A model generated the notes under the pieces. It saw only the letters and a program-made list of their open reading frames with translations, did not search any database and was not told where the DNA came from. Shown piece by piece: positions 1-11,795 of a DNA stretch of 64,000 nucleotides (positions are counted from its first letter, which is position 1; every line of letters begins with the position of its first letter). The stretch is taken from the NCBI RefSeq assembly GCF_039654945.1, contig NW_027361771.1, positions 36,642,001 through 36,706,000 on the forward strand. The letters are read 5' to 3'. The stretch is from Dendrobates tinctorius. Its lineage: Eukaryota. The translations under genes and the position numbers were made by a program.

Positions 1-384
1 CGAATGGCTGGAGGGCTCAGTATGGAGTGAAAAAAGTTGCCAGGCTTACCAGAGAGAGGCGACACGGACAGGACGGAGGATGTGGAGCCATTCAGTATAT
101 CACTTGGCGCTGTGTGTTTTTGTGCCATTGTGGCCGTTACTTTATCTGACATATTATTTACTTCTCTGGCTTACCATGATTTGGACAATTGTGTGACACT
201 TTCTCAACCTGCTTAAGAGGTTACTGGGCACTTGGGGATAGTCTCCTTTTCTGCATATTTCACTGGTGTTTGTGTACGTATATTTATATGCATGTTACTA
301 TTTTTAATTATTTAAAAATAAAAATTGCCCTTTATTCATATATCTAAGGACACCAGTGGCTCTTTCTTTCTCTATTGGTATCAA

Positions 385-934
385 GCATTCTGTAATGCTG
401 TAGATAAGCCCCCGATGTAACCTTAAAGAGAAGAAAAACACGTTAGATTATACTCACCGGAGGGGGTGGTCCGGTCCGATGGGTGTCGCGGTCCGGTATG
501 GCGCCTCCCATCTTCATACGATGCCATCCTCTTCTTCCCTTCTTGTAATGGCTCCTGTGCAGGCGCACTGCTCTGCCCTGTTGAGGGCAGAGAAGAATTC
601 TGCAATGCGCAGGCGCCAGACCTCTCCCGGTGCCTGCGCACTGCAGGACTCTGCTCTGCCCTCAGTAGGGCAGAGCAGTGCACCTGCGCCGAAGCCACTA
701 CAGGAAGGAAAGAAGAGGATGGCATTGTATGAAGATGGGAGGCTTTGGACTGGACCGCGACACCCATCGGACCGGACTGCCCCCTCCGGTGAGTATAATC
801 TAACGTGTTTTTCTTCTCTTTCAGGTTACATCAGGGGCTTATCTACAGCATTACAGAATGCTGTAGATAAGCCCCTGATGTCAATGCCGGCAGCTGATAG
901 TCAAAAAAAAGAAAAAAAGGGTGACAAATTCCCT
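385..934. mobile_element. Palindromic Kolobok/T2-type MITE (left end lost)
   Basis: Long imperfect inverted repeat 385-861 (gcattctgtaatgctgtagataagcccc ... ggggcttatctacagcattacagaatgc). Right terminus gtgacaaattccct followed by TTAA (935-938), matching the TTAA-AGG...CCT-TTAA termini of T2/Kolobok MITEs. Confidence 0.75.
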
Positions 935-2069
935 TTAAGTGATTTAAACTATTAATACTTTCCTTTTTTTATAGCATTCTTAAATTGCAGTATTTTTGAA
1001 CACCTACCTAAAACTAGTACAGTACTCTATATTTTAAAATCTTTCTTTTAAAAACAACATATTTTAATTCAAGTGTTATTGATTTATCTTTTAAAGATTT
1101 GTCTTTTTTTGTCCTTAGCAAGGCAGAGTTTCGTGTAATAATATGATCATTTTGTATTTTACATTGTAGTATGTGTAGCTTTTACATTTTTACCCTTTTA
1201 TGAATTTTGTACAATTTTTTTTCCCAAAACGTTATTATTCTTTGCCTTAAAATATTTTAATGTTGGTGCATTTTTGGGTTCTTAGTATTTTTTTTTCTTC
1301 AAAATGCTGCATATTCTAGCTATGGATTTTCTTTTCAGGCATTTTGAAACAAGTTAAAAATGCATTAAAAAAACTAAGAAAATTTCACACAAAAAACAAA
1401 TGAAATTCATGGCGCTTTTTTAACAATGCTAAATGGTAAAACAAAACTGTGTGAAGGAGGTCTAAAATAGAAATCTGCTTCATTGGATGCAATATTTATT
1501 GAAGGGCAATCACCCCCCTCCCCCAAAAAATAAAATACAATAAACAAGTGATGTTCTGTATATATTTCAAAAATTTCAGGAAGATTCAAGTAATACTAAG
1601 TAACAAACCCATGTGGATCTTTATACCAAGGGTCATCTATGTACAGCACAGGCTCAACTGCTGTAAATTAAATCTGACACCTTGCTACAACACACGACTG
1701 TTGTAAGGCGGGGATTCTGGAAGGTAAGACATTCGCGGGCCTCTCATTTAGCGCCCACATGCAACCGATCTTGACAATGGAACACAGACAAGAAAATCAA
1801 TCCTCTCATCCCTAGTAAGGAGGGAACCTGAACTTCAGTATTTCTGTTAAAAAAAATTCCTTTTTTTCTACATATACTTTAGAGATCACTACACAACATC
1901 GTGAGCCATCGTCTGGTAGGCCACTGATATTTGGGGATTTGGAGTACTTCTTGAGTTTTATAGTGTCAGTACAAAATGATTGTTTTTCCTTTTCTATGAC
2001 TTTTGGATTTTGGTTGACAAAGTCACAAACAGATAGTAAACATACCCACCATCAAAGGAAAAAGGACTG

Positions 2070-2555
2070 TAGCACTCACCAATCCGAGTAGCTTTTTATT
2101 GACAATACGTTAAAACTTCATGGCCGGGAGGCTGAAGAAAGGAGTAAGCAAACTCTGACGACGGCCGTTTCGCGCCCAATAGCGCTTCCACGGCTCAGTT
2201 AGTAGAAGGATGTGACGTGGGAAAATTTATCCCGTCACCATATTGCTCCTCCTTCCACAGCTTCTGCCATAATGACATGAAATACATAAAAACATATTAA
2301 AAACAATTTAAACACAAGCGTGAAAATGTACAGTAATCCTAATACATGTGAAGAAAAAATGTAACAACATTGCTCATAGAATCCTATATATACACTTCTC
2401 AAGAAAAAATATATATACCTACTTTTTATATCATGATCACTTATTCAACAGTGACATAACTACCAAGAAAAATAATTATATTTCCCACAGTCTTTGCAAA
2501 CAACATGTAAATCAGTGGACAATGTCATAAAAATCAGCTATAGAAATTATGGTAA
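2070..2555 (-). mobile_element. Penelope-like element 3' end/pLTR fragment
   Basis: 2370-2545 is visibly homologous to 5650-5825, the 3' end of the GIY-YIG ORF and UTR of the larger Penelope copy. It has AATAAA on the minus strand (tttatt ~2095) and a hammerhead-like motif at 2155-2198. Confidence 0.6.
2155..2198 (-). ncRNA. Minimal hammerhead-ribozyme-like motif (non-canonical core)
   Basis: Minus strand reads CUGAG-CCGUGGA-A-GCGC-UAUUGG-GCGC-GAAA-CGGCC-GUC-GUCAG: stem II GCGC/GCGC, GAAA box, palindromic stem III ACGGCCGU, GUC site, stem I CUGA/UCAG. Core CCGUGGA deviates from CUGANGA. Confidence 0.5.
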
Positions 2556-2765
2556 TCTCTATGTATAAAAATGAATGTATGTATGTGTGTATCACCAACC
2601 AATCACGAAGCATCTTTCATTTCACCAGAGCGATTCAAAAGAAGCTCAGCTCTGATTGGTTGCTATGATCAACAGCTTTCCTTGCAAACAATCATTAAGC
2701 ATCTCTCATTTCACCAGAGCTGATTAAAAGAAGCTGAGCTTTCAAACTTCACCTTTTTTGAGAAA

Positions 2766-3446
2766 TTGTTCGTAGAGGAAAATAAGCCTCCACATGCTAT
2801 ATCTGTGATTTATGGGGGATTAAGCAGAGAGGGTGAAGCGGAGAAGTTAACATTTCAGCAGGCGTGGGAGAGAGACTTGGGGAAAAGCTTGTATCCTAAG
2901 GAATGGGAAAGGGGGTTTCTCTTCACTCATAAACTTGCTAGCGCTGGGATTGCACAAGAGAAGAACTATAAAATACTTATGAGATGGTATCATTACCCTT
3001 CTAAACTACATGCAATATATCCAGCAGTTTCAGGGGTTTGTTGGAGATGCGAGAGGGAGGTGGGCTCTATGATTCACATTTGGTGGGAATGCTCTAAGAT
3101 CAAGCCATTCTGGGAGAAGGTTTTCGACAATTATCAACGAATCACGGGAAACCGTGTAGCAAGGTCCCCTCAAATAGCTCTTCTGACAATGCTACCTTCT
3201 TCAATAGGGACTCAGAAGAGAGATATTCTTCGGTTTTGTCTAACCGCAGCACGAATGGTAATCCCGCAGTTTTGGGAACTTACAAACCCCCCTGACATAT
3301 TAGACTGGTATAAGGAAATGGTCAATCTGTGTAGAATGGAAGCGCTGTCTGCAGACTACAATGGTAGAAACAATAAATTTAGAAGGATTTGGAGGGGATG
3401 GATTTTGTTTCAGGACTCACCTGATTTCCATAATTTGTTCCCCTGA
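2766..3446 (+). pseudogene. L1 ORF2 C-terminal fragment (CCHC knuckle)
   Basis: WERDLG...NYKILMRWY...CWRCEREVGSMIHIWWECSKIKPFW motif typical of vertebrate L1 ORF2p C-terminus. Confidence 0.85.
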
Positions 3447-3640
3447 CTTTTTCAGTTACATAGGAATTTGCACATTAATATATATATGATTTTAAGGACC
3501 TCTTTATCCATAACCCCCTTCCCCCCCTCTTCCCTTGTCTTTCTTTCCCGCTTTTTTACCCTATGTCTGTCCTCTGCATAATATAGAGAATACTTCCTCT
3601 CTTGAATACCTTGTTGGCGTTCGCCATATGGTTACTGTTA

Positions 3641-4018
3641 GGCTATGTTCACACACAGCGTTTTTTAGCGGTTTTTACCGCGCTTTTCACTATAAAACCG
3701 CTATAAAACCGTTAAAAATAAGCTTTGCAGTCATTTCTATGCATTTTGCACTTTTTGTGCACATTGATGCGTTTTTACCGTGAAAAAACCGCATCGCGGT
3801 AAAAAACACAGCATGCACATTAATTTTGCGTATTGTTCCGCGGTTTAGGCTTCTTCCATGCGGTTTGAAACCGCTGCGGAAAAAAACGCATCAAAAACGC
3901 ATCAAAACCGGGCAAAAAACGTGCAAAAACTGCCGCGGAAAAATAGGTGCGTTTTCTGGGAAGGGATTCAGGTTTTTGAGCAGAAATTTTCTGCAACGTG
4001 TGCACTGTGCACTTAGCC
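3641..4018. mobile_element. PIF/Harbinger-type MITE inside the L1 3' UTR
   Basis: TIRs GGCTATGTTCACAC / GTGCACTTAGCC, TTA TSD on both sides, internal aaaccgc/gcggttt repeats. Second copy at 44697-45048. Confidence 0.85.
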
Positions 4019-4341
4019 TTACTGTCTACCATGGTATGTTTGACTTACTGATAGAAGGTTGTATTCTCATTTTTGAATACTAGGTATTTTCTATGATTCT
4101 ATATGCTGTTTGCATATAATATATTCTTTGCTTGTAAAATGCTTAATAAAATAGATTGAACATAAAAGTAGCTGAGCTGTGATTGGTTGCTATGAGCAAC
4201 AGTTTTCCCACTCGACAACACCTCAGCAGACACTGACATGGTGGGAGAAATCTATCATCCCCAGGAACATAAGCTCCCAGCCATTGTCTGCCCCCCAGAA
4301 TGGAGCAGAGAGCACATGACAGAAATGAATCCCCCCCTCCC

Positions 4342-5030
4342 GTGGATCAATGGTATGCAAGTTAGGGCAAATCCACTCAACGCTTTGGTACTGACCCCAG
4401 GCCTTTCTTAAAGGGATCTCCGGTATGGAAGGCAGGGCAAATCCATCCAGTGCTTTGGTTCTGACCCCATGCCTCTCTTAAAGGGATCCTCGGTATGCAA
4501 GTCAGGGCAATTGCCTTCAAATGCTCGGGTACTGACCCCAGGCTCTCTTAAAGGGATCTCCTGTACGGAAGTTAGGGGCAAATCCCTCAGCGCTCTGATT
4601 CTGACCCCAGGGTTCTATTAAAGGGATCATTGGTATGCAAGTCAGGGCAAGTCCATCCAGCGCTCTGGTTCTGATCCCAGGCTTTCTTAAAGGGATCCCC
4701 GGTATGGATGTTAGGGCAAATCCACTCAGCGCTCTGGTTTTGACCCAAGGCCCCTCTTAAAGGGATCCCCGGTATGGAAGTGAGGGCAAATCCAATCTGC
4801 ACTTTGGTACTGACCCCAGTCCTCTCTTAAAGGGATCCCTGATGTAGAAGTCAGGGCAATTGCCTTCAAATGCTCTGGTACTGACCCCAGGCCTCTCTTA
4901 AAGGGATCTCCTGTACAGAAGTTTGGGCAAATCCCTCAGCGCTCTGATTCTGACCCCAGGGTTCTATTAAAGGGATCATTGGTATGGAAGTTAGGACCGT
5001 TCCACTCAGCGCTCTGGTTCTGACCCCAGG
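4342..5030. repeat. ~70-bp tandem repeat (about 10 units)
   Basis: Recurring ccccaggcctctcttaaagggatc...ggtatggaagttagggcaaatcc...cgctctggttctga at ~70-bp spacing. Confidence 0.9.
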
Positions 5031-5460
5031 CTGACGGGATGATGTGGGATATTAGGGGTAGTAGTCCGGTGGCTCTGGCTGACGGGATGATATGGGATAT
5101 TAGGGGTAGTAGTCCAGTGGCTCTGGCTGATGGGAATGATGTGGGATATTAGGGGTATTAGTCCGGCGGCTGTGACGGGATGATGTGGGATATTAGTGGT
5201 AGTTGTCCGGTGGCTCTGGCTGACAGGATGATGTGAGATATTAGGGGTAGTAGTCCGGCGGCTGTGACGGGATGATGTGGGATATTAGTGGTAGTTGTCC
5301 GGTGGCTCTGGCTCATGGGATGATGTGGGATATTAGGGGCAGTAGTCCGGTGGCTTTAACGGGATGATGTGAGATATTAGTAGTCCGGTGGCTCTGGCTG
5401 ATGGATATTAGGGGTAGTAGTCCGGTAGCACTGGCTGACGGGATGATGTGGGATATTATA
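5031..5460. repeat. ~47-bp tandem repeat (about 9 units)
   Basis: Unit gacgggatgatgtgggatattaggggtagtagtccggtggctctggct; followed by a (TA)n tract at ~5503-5541. Confidence 0.9.
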
Positions 5461-5500
5461 GTGAATGTGGCTATGCGGAGTGGGAGGGGCTATACTCTCA

Positions 5501-5544
<44 letters not shown>

Positions 5545-6261
5545 ATATATGTAATCATTATAATTTGTTATTACTAACCGTAGTTAGTTACTATGCCCGG
5601 GCAGCGCCGGGCTCTTCAGCTAGCTATTAAAGATACAATAGCAGATTCAATTGCTCATAAAGTCCTATATGTGCATTTCTCAAGGAAAAATACATTCACT
5701 TTCTATATCCTTATTGCTGAAATTATTCATTGATGACATGGCTACTAAAAAAAAACCATTATATTTCCCACAAGCTCTACAAACAAAATATTAAACGGTG
5801 GACAGCGCTATAAAAAGATGGACATATCTACCCTATCATTAAACCGTATAGGGCACATTGCATTAGTATGCATAATCCACCTAGCTTCACGTCTAAGCAG
5901 TTTATGTAGATCACCCCCTTGTGGAGGCAAATTGATTTTCTCCAAACCCACAAATACTAAAACATTGGGATCACCTGCATGTATCTCTCTTACTTGATTA
6001 ATTAATCGCGGTACTCCTTTACCAGATGATATGGACTTATAATGTTCTCTGAAGTGCACATATAATGGCCGTAAATTTGCACGGGCAAAAAACCACATAA
6101 ACAACTAAATCAGTTTTACATGAAATAAACTCTGAGACTGAATGGTTTACTGCCCCCATACGAATGATTTTATCTGTCATATGAAATTTACAATAGAGGC
6201 AATGACCGCACTTGTGATTGCCTTTTGGAATACCTGCATGCAGCCAGTTCACATGATCCTT

Positions 6262-6696
6262 TCTGATGTGTGATCGTTAGCGAGATCGCTGAGAAGTCAC
6301 CGATTTTGTGACGCAACAGCGATCTCGCTACGTGTGACACATAGCGGCGACCGGCCCCCCTGCTGGATATCGCTGATCGTGCTCGAATGTCCCAGGCCTT
6401 TTTTTGATCGTTGGCGTCCCGCTGGCCAGCATGCATCGCTGTTTGACGCCGACGAGCGACCTCATTGGCGACGCAGAACTCATGGACGCAGGCGTGAGCC
6501 GTCAGAATAGCTGCTGTGTGACAAGGTCCCAACGACTGCCGAGGTTGTTATACGGATCGCCACATCGTTGCTGCGTCGTTGAGTAGATCTGCCTGTTTGA
6601 CAGCTTACTAGCGATCATGTAGAGACGCACCAGCGATCCTTACCAGGTCGTATCGTTGTCGGGATCGCAGGTGCATCGCTCAAAGTAACAGTACCC
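6262..6696. mobile_element. Harbinger-type MITE (gggtac..cacac family), left end degraded, inside Penelope
   Basis: Right terminus gcatcgctcaaagtaacagtaccc+TTA; internal gatcgct repeats similar to 13536-13918 and 41447-41836. Confidence 0.65.
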
Positions 6697-7721
6697 TTAG
6701 CCTGGTGCTACGTCTACACGAGATAAGTGGCCCCCTTGCTACAATCTCTGCTAATTTCTTGTCCCTTTCCAGGATGTGCCAGTTTCTCCTGATGGAGGCG
6801 CGAATTTGTCGATCCATAGGACCATATTGAAAACAAAACGTCAGTTTCTTTTCTTTTTTACCGATTACGTTATTTTTCACAGAAACCCCATCTTCAGTGA
6901 CTGTTTCTCTATCCACTCTATCTAAAGCTGTTGTCAGTAGTGTGTCTGGGTACCCCCTTTGTCTGAACCTGTTGTATAATTCTGTGGATTGTGTAACATA
7001 GCCTTCGTTGTTGTTGTTAACCCTACGTGTCCTGAGAAATTGACTATAGGGCAAATATTTTTTTGTGTAGGGCGGGTGGAAACTATTAAAATGCAGCATA
7101 GAATTTGTTGCTGTGGGTTTTCTAAATAAAGAAGTACAAATAACCCCATCAGTAATTTCCACCAGGACATCAAGAAATTCCAATTTGGATCCACCAAAAA
7201 CGGATGTAAAGAGCATGTTCATGGTGTTAGTGTGATTAAGATAGGATACAAAAGCCCAAAGGTTTCCCTGGGGCCATCCCACACCATGAAAATGTCGTCG
7301 ACATACTTAAGGTACAGTCTGATGTGCTTGAGGAAATTATTGCTGGTAGAATATATAAATCAAACAAACCTAAAAATAAGTTAGCGAAAGTGCATGCTGC
7401 CGGAGTCCCCATCGCAGTCCCAACATTTTGCAGGTACCACGTGTCTATGAACATGAATGCACTGTGCGTGAGTACAAATTTAACCCCCTCACAGACAAAA
7501 TCAACGAAATGTTGTTCCTTATCCACAGTATTCAAAATCTCTCTAATGGCCTCAACCCCAGCAATTTGGGTGGATTCTCGTATAGAGACTTTCAATATCA
7601 ATTGACACCAAAGAGAAACTCGGTTGCCAAATGAAATTCTGTATTATCTTCAAAAACTCGTTGGTATCTTGGATATAAGATGGAATGTCTTTTAGTAATG
7701 GACGCAACAACCAGTCCATAT

Positions 7722-8484
7722 TGTCACTCCATGCTGGATTGTGACAGATTTAGCACAAGAAACCTTTTTTTTTCCTTTAAGCTTTTGGCTTAAAATTAGT
7801 TTTGCCCCCGGTAGCTGCTAGCGTTATGACACTGTAGTTTACTTAGTTGTAGTTTTGCCCCCCGGTGGCCGCTAGCGTTATTACACGTGAATTACTAGGC
7901 TCCTACCTATAAAGGAGTGTCAGGTGGTTGCAATCACTGTTGGTGATATTGGTCATTTCCAACCATACCTTGGTGAAGGAAGGAGCTAGAGAAGAGTTCC
8001 TTGCAGCTCAGGCAGAGCTTTGGTGTGGAAGGAGCTATAGAGCGGAGTTCCTTGCAGCTCTGTCTGAGTTTTGGTGTAACATCGATTCAGGAGGAAAGCT
8101 GTATTCGGGTGCTGGACTCTGTTGCTGGGAGCAATAGCAACAGAGCAAAGCTAAGTGGTGTTTTCCCTGTTTGTATATTTTTCCTTGTGTGTGTATTAGT
8201 GCAGTGGTGGGATTAGTCTCAGCACCATCCAGCTCACTAGTAAGGGATAGGTGCAGGGTGAGCTAGGGGTTAAGGTATCCAGCTCGGCGACAGGTGAAGA
8301 GCCTGTATAGGGAATGTGAGGAGTGCAGGGACACTGGCTCAGGGGAGTACAGGAGGTCTCCACGTCCCCGTTCCCTAGTGCAGGGCCCACCGTTGTATCT
8401 GATTTCGCCGGCGTTCCCCTTGTTTGTCCTGGTGTTAGTGTCGTCCTGCGGGTCGCGGCATAGAGGACAGGTCACACCGTGACA
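7722..8484. mobile_element. Solo LTR inserted in the Penelope RT
   Basis: TGTCAC...GTGACA termini; 5-bp TSD catat/gatat; TATAAA near 7908; removing it restores the Penelope frame EPLSQY-x-DWLLRP. Confidence 0.85.
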
Positions 8485-8851
8485 GATATACTGGGACAGG
8501 GGTTCTGTAATGGACCCTATCCCAGATACTATGGGACATCCTGAGGGAGAGGTGGTTGATTTGTGTATTTTCGGAATGTGGTACGAATGGGGTCTGGCGG
8601 GAAACTACGGCAGCAGTCTCTCAGCTTTCTTTTGTGTAATCACATTCAAATCCACATATTTCCTCAAAAAAGATCTCAACTCATTACTAAACCCATAGGT
8701 TGGATATTTCTGCAATTTAATATACGTAACAACATCAGACGGTTGTCTACTTGCCTCGGCTAGGTACATAGATTTGGGTAGCAACACCGTGTTACCACCC
8801 TTATCTGCAGGTCTGACTATTGTGTCTGCCCAACTGGTAATCTCTTTTAAT

Positions 8852-9056
8852 CAATAATGAAAAAGTATCCAGCTTCCAAATATACAAAAATTTATTCAAG
8901 GCATAAGAACAAGGATAAATGGACAGGCCCCATCATCCGCTATGAACTTTTTCATTATTGATTTACTCCACGTGTGGCTTCACGAAATATCCGAGCTTCC
9001 ACGCACCACTACTAGCCAAGAAAGCAGGTGATCTGGTTACCTTTATTTTTTGCACA
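8852..9056. mobile_element. 205-bp retroposed insertion, probably a Penelope pLTR remnant
   Basis: 14-bp TSD taatctcttttaat (8838-8851, 9057-9070). Internal 16-bp inverted repeat tcaataatgaaaaagt / actttttcattattga. Confidence 0.65.
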
Positions 9057-9250
9057 TAATCTCTTTTAATACCCGCTTCTCTTCGAAAGTTAAATTCGGT
9101 GGAGCTTTATGATATATTACCACCTCCATGTCCTTTGTCACTTGTGCCTCAAAGAGGTCTATGAGATTACCAGGACAGGAAGGCGGCATATAATTAAAAG
9201 GTACCCCTTGATGGTGGATTTGTATACACTGTGTTTTCTGGACTAGTACC

Positions 9251-10459
9251 GGGCGCTGCCCGGGCATAGTAACTAACTGTGGTTAGTTATAGCAAATTAT
9301 AATTATCCTCCATCTCATAGTCCCGTGCCCATCATACATATCCACGATCTCATAGGCCCATGCCCACATACCCATCATACATATCCTCCATCCCATAGTC
9401 GAGTGCCCATATACCCATCACACATCCTCCATCCCATAGTCCCATGCCCATATACCCATCACACATCCTTCATCCCATAGTCCCATGCCCATATACCCAT
9501 CACACATCCTTCATCCCATAGTCCCATGCCCATATACCCATCATACATATTCGCCATAACATAGTCGAGTGCCCATATACCCATCATACATATCCGCCAT
9601 CCCATAGTCCCATGCCCATATACCCATCATACATATCCGCCATTCCATAGTCCAGTGCCCATATACACATCATACATATCCGCCATCCCATAGTCCCGTG
9701 CCCATATACCCGTCATACATATCCTCCATCCCATAGTCGAGTGCCCATATACCCACACATCCTCCATCCCATAGTCCCATGCCCATATACCCATCACACA
9801 TCCTTCATCCCATAGTCCCATGCCCATATACCCATCATACATATTCGCCATAACATAGTCGAGTGCCCATATAGCCATCATACATATCCGCCATCCCATA
9901 GTCCCGTGCCCATATACCCATCATACATATCCGCCATTCCATAGTCTAGTGCCCATATACCCATCATACATATCCGCCATCCCATAGTCCCGTGCCCATA
10001 TACCCGTCATACATATCCTCCATCCCATAGTCCAGTGCCCATATACCCATCACACATCCTCCATTCCATAGTCAACCATTATGACATCATAATGAGCGGC
10101 GGGGCTTGCAACCTATGATGACATCAGCGTCGCCATGGCAACCATTGTGACATCATAATGAGGGACGGGGCTTGACGCACACACACTTTTCCCCAGTATG
10201 TAGATAGGGGCATTGTGACATCATGAGGGGCGGGGCTTGACGCGCCCACACTTTTTCCCTAGTATGTAGACAGGGGCAAAATTGTTTGGTGAATTGGAAC
10301 GCGCGGGGTTAAAATTTCGCCTCACAACATAGCCTAGGACGCTCTCGAGGTCCAGACGTGTGACTGTGCCAAATTTTGTGGCTGTAGCTGCGACGGTGCG
10401 GATGCCTATCCCGGACATACACACACATACATACACACACTTGAGCTTTATATATTAGA
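9251..10459 (-). mobile_element. Non-autonomous Helitron family Y, copy 1 (3' end truncated in the hairpin)
   Basis: 5' end TCTAATATATAAAGCT on the minus strand; internal 41-43-bp tandem array; 3' hairpin partly present. Confidence 0.85.
9306..10072. repeat. 41-43-bp tandem array inside Helitron Y copy 1
   Basis: Unit catcccatagtcccatgcccatatacccatcatacatatcctc. Confidence 0.9.
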
Positions 10460-11795
10460 CTAGCTGAAGAGCCCGGCGCTGCCCGGGCATAGTAACTAAC
10501 TGTGGTTAGTTGTAGCAAATTATAATTATCCTCCATCCCATAGTCCCGTGCCCATATACCCATCACACATCCTCCATCCCATAGTCCCATGCCCATATAC
10601 CCATCACACATCCTCCATCCCATAGTCCCATGCCCATACACCCATCATACATATTCGCCATCCCATAGTCGAGTGCCCATATACCCATCATACATATCCG
10701 CCATCCCATAGGCCCGTGCCCATATACCCATCATACATATCCTTCATCCCATAGTCCAGTGCCCATATACCATCACACATCCTCCATCCCATAGTCCCAT
10801 GCCCATATACCCATCATACATATTCTCCATCCCATAGTCCCATGCCCATATACCCATCATACATATTCGCCATCCCATAGTCGAGTGCCCATATACCCAT
10901 CACACATCCTTCATCTCATAGTCCCATGCCCATATACCCATCATACATATCCTCCATCCCATAGTCCCGTGCCCATACACCCATCATACATATCCGCCAT
11001 CTCATAGTCCCATGCCCATATACCCGTCATACATATCCTCCATCCCCTAGTCCAATGCCCATATACCCATCACACATCCTCCATCCCATAGTCCCGTGCC
11101 CATATACATATCCGCCATCCCATAGTCCCGTGCCCATATACCCGTCAAACATATCCTCCATCCCATAGTCAAGTGCCCATATACCCATCACACATCCTCC
11201 ATTCCATAGTCCAGTGCCCATATACATATCCGCCATCCCATAGTCCCGTGCCCATATACCCGTCATACATATCCTCCATCCCATAGTCCAGTGCCCATAT
11301 ACCCATCACACATATCCTCCATCCCATAGTCCAGTGCCCATATACCCATCACACATCCTCCATCCCATAGTCAACCATTATGACATCATAATGAGCGGTG
11401 GCGGGGCTTGCGACCTATGATGACATCAGCGTCGCCATGGCAACCGTTGTGACATCATAATGAGGGGCGGGGCTTGATACGCACACACTGCTTCCCCAGT
11501 ATGCAAATAGGGGCATTATGATATCACAATGAGGGGCGGGGCTTGACATGCACACACTTTTTCCCCCAGTATGTAGATAGGGGCAAAATTGTTAGGTGAA
11601 TTGGAACGCGCGGGGTTAAAATTTCGCCTCACAACATAGCTTAGGACGCTCTCGGGGTCCAGACGTGTGACTGTGCCAAATTTTGTGGCTGTAGCTGCGA
11701 CTGTGCGGATGCCTATCCCGGACATATACACACATACATACACACACATATATACACACACTCATACATACACACTTTGAGCTTTATATATTAGA
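10460..11795 (-). mobile_element. Non-autonomous Helitron family Y, copy 2 (complete)
   Basis: Minus strand begins A|TCTAATATATAAAGCT and ends GCCCGGGCAGCGCCGGGCTCTTCAGCTAG (hairpin + CTAG), the canonical Helitron termini. Confidence 0.9.
10528..11372. repeat. 41-43-bp tandem array inside Helitron Y copy 2
   Basis: Same unit as 9306-10072. Confidence 0.9.

Larger units (their letters stand above)
2741..4162 (+). mobile_element. 5'-truncated L1 LINE (ORF2 C-terminus + 3' UTR)
   Basis: ORF 2766-3446 has the L1 zinc knuckle CWRC...HIWWEC. AATAAA near 4145. 16-bp TSD taaaag(a/t)agctgagct at 2725-2740 and 4163-4178 at a TT/AAAA L1 endonuclease site. Confidence 0.88.
4342..5623 (+). mobile_element. 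Non-autonomous Helitron (family X) carrying satellites; 5' end not defined
   Basis: Ends in hairpin gcccgg-gcagc-gccgggc then tcttcagCTAG (5620-5623). Same terminus and same internal repeats occur inverted at 61826-62337. Confidence 0.72.

Noticed and set aside
1-384. Possible retroelement 3' end truncating the MITE
   Set aside because: Only an AATAAA and general resemblance; no diagnostic motif within the window.
423-955. Similar ORFs on opposite strands
   Set aside because: Mirror translations of a palindromic MITE.
9627-11284. Met/Gly/Trp-rich ORFs
   Set aside because: Translations of the Helitron-internal 41-43-bp array.
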